From Verrucomicrobiota bacterium (GTDB lineage: Bacteria > Verrucomicrobiota > Verrucomicrobiia > Opitutales > LL51), in the NCBI GenBank assembly GCA_021294815.2, contig CP095464.1, positions 846,462-878,461 of the forward strand: 32,000 bases of DNA, given 5' to 3'. How positions within the stretch are numbered: position 1 is the stretch's first letter; every line of letters begins with the position of its first letter. Under the pieces are notes generated by a model. It was given only the letters and a program-made list of their open reading frames with translations. It ran no database searches and had not been told where the DNA came from. Of this stretch, positions 1-6,388 are shown piece by piece. Both the position numbers and the translations under genes were made by a program.

Positions 1-955
1 TACTGCTCGTTTTCGGTGAAGCTTCCAAGAGATCAATTGGTGGGAAAAAGTAGTTAGTATCACGTTTTTTAAGCGGTGCACCTGTTTTATCGATAGGCTT
101 TTCTTCGAAAATCTGGAGATTTGTTTTTTGTGGAAAATTCTTTTCTGAGGTTGGAATAAGTGGCTCATCTATGGCTACTGGGACCTCTGGCACTAACGGT
201 ATTTCTTCCGGCTCATTAATGGGCTGGAGGGGCGTTGGAAGGAGTTCAGAAGACGCTTCCTCTGTTCGTTTTTGTTTTTTCAAAAGTTTGTTGATCGGAA
301 GCCCGCGGATACTTCGGATTACAAAGGAACACAAATTTTTCAGGAGTTCAGCGATTTTGCGCAAAAGAGGATGTTGGAATAATAGCGCAAAATAGAGACC
401 CAATAAGAAAATCAAGGTCCCGAGGAGAAGCAGAAGTGTGCCAATTTTTCCTATAACGGGGAGACAAAAACGTTCAACGACGATGGTTCCTAAAATTCCG
501 CCGGAACCCGCGGAGAGACGTAGCGTCGAGATTGGAAGTGGCCGATAATGCTGTATCCAAGCGGATAGAAGCATGGATAGAAAAACAACGCCACTTACGA
601 GAAAAACGTGCCAGGTCGGACATCGCGTAGGTCGGATGCAGGAAATTGCTAAAACTAGAGGAATCAGTGGCAATAGGTAGCTCGATAATCCCACGAAACG
701 CAGAGACCAAAACGCGAGCGATGAGCCGAGGGTACCCGCTAAATTGCCATTTGCATCGCAATGCGTAGTAATATAGTGCGATTGTTGCGGGGTGTAGTCG
801 AAGATCGCGAGTGTGATAAATGTGGCGGCGAGTGCAAAAATAAGCGCAAAAAATATTCTTTTCGGAAGCGATAATGCCGCAAACATAGCGACGACGATAG
901 CCAGTATGCGCGCTAGGTACAACAATTTTTGCGCATCGGCGAATTTTTCTTGCAC
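1..955 (-). CDS. ftsK: DNA translocase FtsK/SpoIIIE, N-terminal membrane domain and linker (gene continues beyond position 1)
   Basis: Not in the ORF track because it has no stop in the window. Hand translation of the minus strand is open from 985 to 1: VQEKFADAQKLLYLARILAIVVAMFAALSL..HCDANGNLAGTLGSSLAFWSLRFVGLSSYLLPLI..GGILGTIVVERFCLPVIGKIGTLLLLLGTLIFLLGLYFALL. That gives several hydrophobic helices, then a Pro/Glu-rich linker ending KKRDTNYFFPPIDLLEASPKTSS, the Y..P...LL segment that precedes the FtsK motor. The start is uncertain: GTG 955 is preferred and TTG 985 is the alternative. Confidence 0.7.
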   Translation of the reverse strand, partial: MQEKFADAQKLLYLARILAIVVAMFAALSLPKRIFFALIFALAATFITLAIFDYTPQQSHYITTHCDANGNLAGTLGSSLAFWSLRFVGLSSYLLPLIPLVLAISCIRPTRCPTWHVFLVSGVVFLSMLLSAWIQHYRPLPISTLRLSAGSGGILGTIVVERFCLPVIGKIGTLLLLLGTLIFLLGLYFALLFQHPLLRKIAELLKNLCSFVIRSIRGLPINKLLKKQKRTEEASSELLPTPLQPINEPEEIPLVPEVPVAIDEPLIPTSEKNFPQKTNLQIFEEKPIDKTGAPLKKRDTNYFFPPIDLLEASPKTSS

Positions 956-986
956 GGCTTCAGGGGATCGTTTAGCTGCGGCCAAC

Positions 987-1063
987 GGGGGATTAGCTCA
1001 GTTGGTTAGAGCGTTTGCATGACACGCAAGAGGTCACTGGTTCGAGCCCAGTATCTCCCACCA
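987..1063 (+). tRNA. tRNA-Val, anticodon GAC, with genomically encoded CCA
   Basis: Hand-folded cloverleaf: acceptor GGGGGAT/ATCTCCC (one G-T pair), D arm GCTC-AGTTGGTTA-GAGC, anticodon arm TTTGC-AT GAC AC-GCAAG (U33, A37), variable loop AGGTC, T arm ACTGG-TTCGAGC-CCAGT, discriminator A, then CCA. Confidence 0.9.
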
Positions 1064-1081
1064 CTAAGCCAGGATAGGCGT

Positions 1082-3241
1082 TTAGCTGTGGTAGTTGAGG
1101 GCTGGGAGCCTGTCGAAAAATGGAACGCCACCCTCTAAGATGTTTTTGAGCGAGTTTGATTTAGGTGTTGTGCCGTCATCGATAAAGATTGTCCGCTGCT
1201 GTTGGCGTGTGAGAGCAACATAGAGTAGGCGCTGAGCGTTGTTGCGGGTCTCGACAGAAAGATTTGGAAACATACGTTCCTGTTGGGCCTTATTGAGCAC
1301 GACTTGTCCGTGAATAAGATTAGGGAATATGGATGGTGCCGGATAAGGTTCGCGGTTGATAAAGGGAATAAAAACGACGGGCCACTCCAGCCCTTTGGCT
1401 TTGTGAAAGGTGTAAAGTTGGAGCGCGTTTTCGTTAATGCTCTCGGGCTCATGACTCATTGAGACAAGCTGATGGAGCTGGCATTTAAACTCGAAAAGCG
1501 TTGGACATTGGGCCGCAAGCCGGATGACGGTTCGCTCAATGTCGCCATGGTAGCACGGCTGGACAGCTAAAATACGACTACGTAATTCTAATTTTTCAAG
1601 TAACGTATCGATAATCGCCAGTGGCATATTTTCGTTCAGTTCCTTGGCAAGATGATGGAGCTGTATGTAGCAAGAATGCACAGGACTAGTAGGATCTGGG
1701 GATGGAGTGGTCAGGTAAGAGGCGATCGCATCATCAGAACAGCCAAAAATCTCTCGTAAAATGCCTGCCAGTTCAAAGGTGTTTTGTGGATCCCATAAAA
1801 ACTCAACCAACGCTTCGATCCATGCAAACTCGCGAAATTCGCGGTATGTTGTTGTCTTCGAATGGATTTGCATTTCTGGCAGACCAGGTCGTGCAAAAGC
1901 TTGCTGAAGTTCTTGTAACCAGGTCCGCCGGGGAGCCAAAATCGCTATTTCACTCCAATGTGTGACGCCAAAATCTTTTGGGGTTTTATTTTGGAAGAGT
2001 GTTACGAGTGCCTCTTCATCGGATTGCGTTGTGCGAAGGCATTGCCACAAGGCATTGGCGTCTTTTTTAATGGCGGTTATGGGCACAAAATCAACTTGTT
2101 GCCCGGAGTGTTCGAATAACGGCTGAAAAACCCGGTTCACATGAATTGCGATGGCTTCAGAAAAACGCATCGTTACGGAAAACTCGAGCGTTTTCAGCGC
2201 ATTTTCTTGAGTCAAGCGATGGCAGAGATTTTGGTAAAATCTAACGTTGGCACGGGATTCGTAGATCGACTGCTGCGGATCACCAACCATACAAAAGTGT
2301 CCAGATTTCGGCTTGCTTAGAGGCGAATCACTTGCAATTTGTAGCAATAACTGAAATTGTTCTGGATCTGTGTCCTGTGCTTCATCGAGAAGAACGTAGG
2401 CTCCCGATCGGCGCGACTGCATCGCAAGTGCTTGTTGGGCAAAAACAATGAGATCCGAGTATGTGAGTCGGCCATTTTGAAGGCGAAATCGGGAAAATTG
2501 CTCCCGAACTGCTTCGTATTGTTGTTGAAAATAGCGCGCACAAGACGCCTCAACAGGTTCCATTACAGAGCGATAAAGTTCAACAAAATCCTTTGCCATT
2601 GACGACATCGAAGGAAAGGGAAGCGTCGGTTCCTGAATCCAGCGACGTAGATTATTTTGAAATTCTGCGATCGTTCGGTTGTTTTTAGCAGGAAAATCCA
2701 AAAGGAGGTTCCAATTAATTGTTGGAAATGGAATCGGATCCGTGGGCGTTAGTGCGGACGACTGGTCTTCGGAATGCATTTGTACGAGGCGCTCGATATC
2801 TTCAAGTTCGATAAAGGCGGTATAGGGAGGAAGAATGGATATTTCCTGTTTGTCCTGGTATAAAAAATCCTGCCATAGGGAATCCATTTGTGTCTCAATT
2901 TGGAAGTCCGAAGGCAGGTCGATAAGGGATCCATATTGGCGTAAAATGCGATCGGCTAAGGCGTGAATTGTCCCGAAAAAGATTTTTTGTATGGATGTTT
3001 CGGGATTATCCCCTTGCGTGAAAAGTCTCGAAAGAGTCCGATTGTAGAGTTCTTGTGCGGCTTTCTTGGTGTAGGTGACTACGTAGAGTTGGTCAAATGG
3101 TATGAAACGTTGCTGGATGATCGCAACAATACGCGCCACGATTGCTGTCGTTTTTCCAACACCGGCGGGGGCGATGACAGAAAAATTCGTGTGATGGTCG
3201 TGAATAAACTGCTGACGAGCTGCGTCATCGGCAAGCTTCAT
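1082..3241 (-). CDS. UvrD/Rep/PcrA-superfamily (SF1A) ATP-dependent DNA helicase, 719 aa from ATG 3241
   Basis: Walker A APAGVGKTTAIV. Motif II VLLDEAQDTDPEQFQLL. Motif III MVGDPQQSIY. YTFHKAKGLEWPVVFIP. Motif VI RLLYVALTRQQQRTIFI. The track ORF starts at TTG 3277. ATG 3241 (MKLADDAARQQFI) has AAGG just upstream and overlaps the rsmE stop by 17 nt. No C-terminal nuclease domain is evident. Confidence 0.8.
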   Translation of the reverse strand: MKLADDAARQQFIHDHHTNFSVIAPAGVGKTTAIVARIVAIIQQRFIPFDQLYVVTYTKKAAQELYNRTLSRLFTQGDNPETSIQKIFFGTIHALADRILRQYGSLIDLPSDFQIETQMDSLWQDFLYQDKQEISILPPYTAFIELEDIERLVQMHSEDQSSALTPTDPIPFPTINWNLLLDFPAKNNRTIAEFQNNLRRWIQEPTLPFPSMSSMAKDFVELYRSVMEPVEASCARYFQQQYEAVREQFSRFRLQNGRLTYSDLIVFAQQALAMQSRRSGAYVLLDEAQDTDPEQFQLLLQIASDSPLSKPKSGHFCMVGDPQQSIYESRANVRFYQNLCHRLTQENALKTLEFSVTMRFSEAIAIHVNRVFQPLFEHSGQQVDFVPITAIKKDANALWQCLRTTQSDEEALVTLFQNKTPKDFGVTHWSEIAILAPRRTWLQELQQAFARPGLPEMQIHSKTTTYREFREFAWIEALVEFLWDPQNTFELAGILREIFGCSDDAIASYLTTPSPDPTSPVHSCYIQLHHLAKELNENMPLAIIDTLLEKLELRSRILAVQPCYHGDIERTVIRLAAQCPTLFEFKCQLHQLVSMSHEPESINENALQLYTFHKAKGLEWPVVFIPFINREPYPAPSIFPNLIHGQVVLNKAQQERMFPNLSVETRNNAQRLLYVALTRQQQRTIFIDDGTTPKSNSLKNILEGGVPFFDRLPALNYHS

Positions 3242-3959
3242 ACCTTGACGAAGGTAACATTTGCAGCTGGTCGACAAGGCTTAATAAATAGAGCGCTGCC
3301 GTTTCAGAGCGTAGGATGTGTTGTCGGCTGAGGGTGACAAATCGAAGTTTTGGCGCCTCAAAATCCTTATATTCACGCTCCGAAAAATCACCTTCTGGAC
3401 CGATGACGACTCCGATTTCTGTATCCGTTTGGAATTGTCTTAGTTCTTGGTAATAATCCAAAATTGGACGCGCAGACGGGTGAAGTGCGGCAACAAACGT
3501 CAGTGAAGGAAGGATAATTTTTGACGATTTTTGAGGTGGTTCAATCGCGGGAAGGAAAGCATTCCCCGACTGTTTGCAGGCCTCGCGAGCAATGTCGTTC
3601 CAATGCCGTAGTTTATTCTCCAAATCGTGAATTTTGACCTCGCTGTGATCGGTAATGAGTGGGGAAATTTTTCGGACACCAATTGCTGTCGCCTCTCGGA
3701 TCAGAAAATCCATCGCCTTACTTTTGAGCAGCGCAGGATAAAAGTTGATGCGTGATGCCGTTGCGTGCTGAATTTTTTGAATGTGAACCGTTTGGTCCGG
3801 CTCCACTAAGCCTGTTGCAATGGTGCCATGGCCATCTAGAAGCTGAATGGTTTCTGACGGTTGAGCCCGCAAAACTCGAAATACATGATGCGCCTCGTTA
3901 CGTTCCAAGTGGCAACATTTTCCAACTTCCAATTCTCCATCGTAAAACGCCCGGATCAC
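3225..3959 (-). CDS. rsmE: 16S rRNA (uracil1498-N3)-methyltransferase RsmE
   Basis: 244 aa with a GTG start. The N-terminus MIRAFYDGEL..NEAHHVFRVLR and the C-terminal VIGPEGDFSEREY...ILRSETAALYLLSLV are the RsmE (SPOUT) signatures. Confidence 0.8.
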   Translation of the reverse strand: MIRAFYDGELEVGKCCHLERNEAHHVFRVLRAQPSETIQLLDGHGTIATGLVEPDQTVHIQKIQHATASRINFYPALLKSKAMDFLIREATAIGVRKISPLITDHSEVKIHDLENKLRHWNDIAREACKQSGNAFLPAIEPPQKSSKIILPSLTFVAALHPSARPILDYYQELRQFQTDTEIGVVIGPEGDFSEREYKDFEAPKLRFVTLSRQHILRSETAALYLLSLVDQLQMLPSSRYEACR

Positions 3960-3962
3960 GTC

Positions 3963-4637
3963 TTACTCCTGGGGAGGCAGAATAAAAGCGACGTCGTTAA
4001 CAGCGATCCAGCCATTTTTCCCTTGCGGCAATTTCGCTAGTAAAAAATCGCCATGGCGCTCTAAAGCCGTAATGGGTTTCCCTCGTTCAAGAAACATAAG
4101 AACACTTGCCTGCGATGTCGGCGATACACGCAACGGCGCCTCATTACGAATGATAACGCATTGGCGTTGAGCCTGTTTGAGATAGTAACCGTAGCTGATA
4201 AAAGAAGTACTTAGCAGCCACAACAATACGTAATAAAACTTTGATCGACGCCGAAGGACAAGGAAACCAAGCAAAACAAACAGGATTAGTAAAACGCCAA
4301 CTGCCACATCGGCATAAAACTTGGTAGCCAGAAGGGGCGTTAGTGGGCCCTGTTCCGAAGCCCTAGGAAGGGCCTGATATGCGGCGTCGAGGGCCGAGCG
4401 ATAAGGCGCGAGATCGCGTGCCCGCTCAAATGAAATCCGGGCGTTGACTTCATCTCCCTGCTGCAGATACGCGCTGCCCAAGTTAAAATATTTCGCGAAT
4501 GAATGCGTCGGGATGGCGTTGAGATGCTCAATCGCCTCTGCATACTCCTGGCGCTCAATCGCGTCATTGGCATCGAAAAAATCGTCGCCGTAGAGTGATG
4601 AAAGCGACAGAAAAAGACTAAAAATGAGACGTTTCAT
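3963..4637 (-). CDS. batE: BatE-like protein (signal peptide, TPR, two TM helices, C-terminal SH3b-like domain)
   Basis: Signal-like MKRLIFSLFLSLSSLYG. TPR-like YAEAIEHLNAI..NLGSAYLQQGDEVNARISFERARDLAP. Hydrophobic VAVGVLLILFVLLGFLVL and YYVLLWLLSTSFISYGYY. Tail VRVSP..GDFLLAKLPQGKNGWIAVNDV. The position after BatD matches Bat operon order. Its start overlaps the BatD stop as ATGA (4634-4637). Confidence 0.6.
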   Translation of the reverse strand: MKRLIFSLFLSLSSLYGDDFFDANDAIERQEYAEAIEHLNAIPTHSFAKYFNLGSAYLQQGDEVNARISFERARDLAPYRSALDAAYQALPRASEQGPLTPLLATKFYADVAVGVLLILFVLLGFLVLRRRSKFYYVLLWLLSTSFISYGYYLKQAQRQCVIIRNEAPLRVSPTSQASVLMFLERGKPITALERHGDFLLAKLPQGKNGWIAVNDVAFILPPQE

Positions 4638-6367
4638 GAGGATTTTTTAAGGAGTGGGATGATGCGAAGAAGGGTATCGATTTGCCGCGTCGCGTATAAC
4701 TTGAGTACGTGTTTTTGGCCAAAAACGACGTCGTCTGCCTCGTTTAAAAATTCTTCAAGCCACTTACGCTGCTCTGGTGCGACCGCTTGGCATCGATCGA
4801 GGATTTTCGCACGCGAAATTTCTTTTTCGAAGTCATTGCCCGTGACGGTGCGATTGAGCAATTGGAGCGCCGCTTTGTAACCGCTATCGACATCATTGTT
4901 ATGGAGCATTTTAACCAACTGTTGGCGTTCCTTCTTTAAATTGAGTCGAGGCAATTTTTTAGATTTCTGAGGCGCTACTTGTGAATGCTTTTTCCAAAGG
5001 CTCAGCGTTGTGATGAGTAGGAATGCGGCAATGATCGCTATCAACCAACGTTGGATGCAAGATTGCAAGATCCAAGGGGAGAGTGAGCGATAGGGCCATG
5101 TATCTTGCGTGAGTAAATGGAGCGCCGGAGCGGCAGAGGAAGACGACACAGAACCCGCAACCGGAGCCGGTGGTGCGACCAATGCGTTAGTTGAGCGTGA
5201 GACGAGAATTTTCGTGGTATCGGCAACCTCCAACTCACGGTAGGCATGTTCGGTTGGGGAGAAGTAGCCAAACTTGATTGTCGGCAGTACGAGCTCACCG
5301 GTCTTTTGCGGAATAATGACGTATTCGAATGTTTTTTGACCATTCGACGGTCCCATTTCTTTAAACTTCGTTTTAGGTTCGAAGCATTTCCAAGTCTCGT
5401 CGGCAAGAAGTGCGGGCGCTTGAATGCGATCAAAGTTGCCTTCTCCGCAAAGATCAATCGAAAGGGTAATCGGCTCACCTGCGAGCGTACGATCTGACGA
5501 TAGATGGAAATTTTGGAATGAAAAATCACCGATAGCGCCGCTAAAAGATTCGGGTGCTGGTGATGGCAATGCAGCAACTTTTAGAGGAATGATGTTGGTC
5601 TCGAGCTCACGCTGCACCTGGCTGGCCATCGCAAATAAGCCGAGAGGTTGTACAACCTTGCATAAACAGGTTGTTTTGAAGGCGAGAGAAAGATCCCCAC
5701 TCTTAATCGGAGTAACCCAAGTCGTCCAGGTAAAGACTTCCGCACCGTTTTGATACCCTTCCTTAGGTTCTTTGCCTAAAGGCCCCAAAATACAATGGCC
5801 ATTAACGGTTTCTGGAGGAATGCAACGTAGAAGTTGGGTGTCATCTCCCGTTATCCGAAGTGCAATCTGTATCGGAATGCGTTGACCAACATACGCTTCT
5901 GTGGTTGCGACATTCAACGTTGCTTCGATACCACCGGCCATTTCTTGACGTGTCTGGTGCCCATGAGCATCCTCCGTAACCGTCAATGTGGAAGGCGGAA
6001 TGGTGATAACCTCGTCCTCGGCTGCGATATCGAAAGCGGGCATTGTAAACGTTCCGGTATGTTCGGCGACGAAGGAATAGATGATATGCGTTTTACGCAC
6101 TACGCGGCCATTGGCACTAAAGACCGATTGTTGTGTATTTTCGCCAAACTGTTGGAGTCCAGGAACGTTGGGTAAGCGGAAAGACGAGGGAACGATATTG
6201 GTAAACGCGATAACATAACGGGCTTCATCGGAGAGTGTGATCCGATTAGGTTCAAAACGTGCTTCGACGCTACCTTCGGCTAATGTTTTAGATGCCCCTG
6301 CTATGGCCGAAGTGCTGATTACAAGCCATGTCCACAAAAAAACGATCAATGACGACAAACACCTCAT
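4634..6367 (-). CDS. batD: BatD-family protein (oxygen-tolerance/aerotolerance operon protein)
   Basis: 577 aa with a signal peptide (MRCLSSLIVFLWTWLVISTSAIAG). A long beta-rich extracytoplasmic region is followed by a late TM helix (WLIAIIAAFLLITTLSLW) and a helical tail. This architecture and the operon position are typical of BatD. Confidence 0.65.
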   Translation of the reverse strand: MRCLSSLIVFLWTWLVISTSAIAGASKTLAEGSVEARFEPNRITLSDEARYVIAFTNIVPSSFRLPNVPGLQQFGENTQQSVFSANGRVVRKTHIIYSFVAEHTGTFTMPAFDIAAEDEVITIPPSTLTVTEDAHGHQTRQEMAGGIEATLNVATTEAYVGQRIPIQIALRITGDDTQLLRCIPPETVNGHCILGPLGKEPKEGYQNGAEVFTWTTWVTPIKSGDLSLAFKTTCLCKVVQPLGLFAMASQVQRELETNIIPLKVAALPSPAPESFSGAIGDFSFQNFHLSSDRTLAGEPITLSIDLCGEGNFDRIQAPALLADETWKCFEPKTKFKEMGPSNGQKTFEYVIIPQKTGELVLPTIKFGYFSPTEHAYRELEVADTTKILVSRSTNALVAPPAPVAGSVSSSSAAPALHLLTQDTWPYRSLSPWILQSCIQRWLIAIIAAFLLITTLSLWKKHSQVAPQKSKKLPRLNLKKERQQLVKMLHNNDVDSGYKAALQLLNRTVTGNDFEKEISRAKILDRCQAVAPEQRKWLEEFLNEADDVVFGQKHVLKLYATRQIDTLLRIIPLLKKSS

Positions 6368-6388
6368 CTCTCTTAATTTTCTATATTA

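Noticed and set aside
171-1022. Track ORFs 171..395(+), 474..761(-) and 813..1022(+).
   Set aside because: All lie within or against the continuous FtsK reading frame. They have no recognisable motifs, and the last one runs through the tRNA gene.
987-1081. tRNA-Val as an integration hotspot or genomic island boundary.
   Set aside because: The flanks are ftsK and a helicase in a housekeeping operon. There is no integrase, and I saw no repeat of the tRNA 3' end elsewhere in the window (visual check only).
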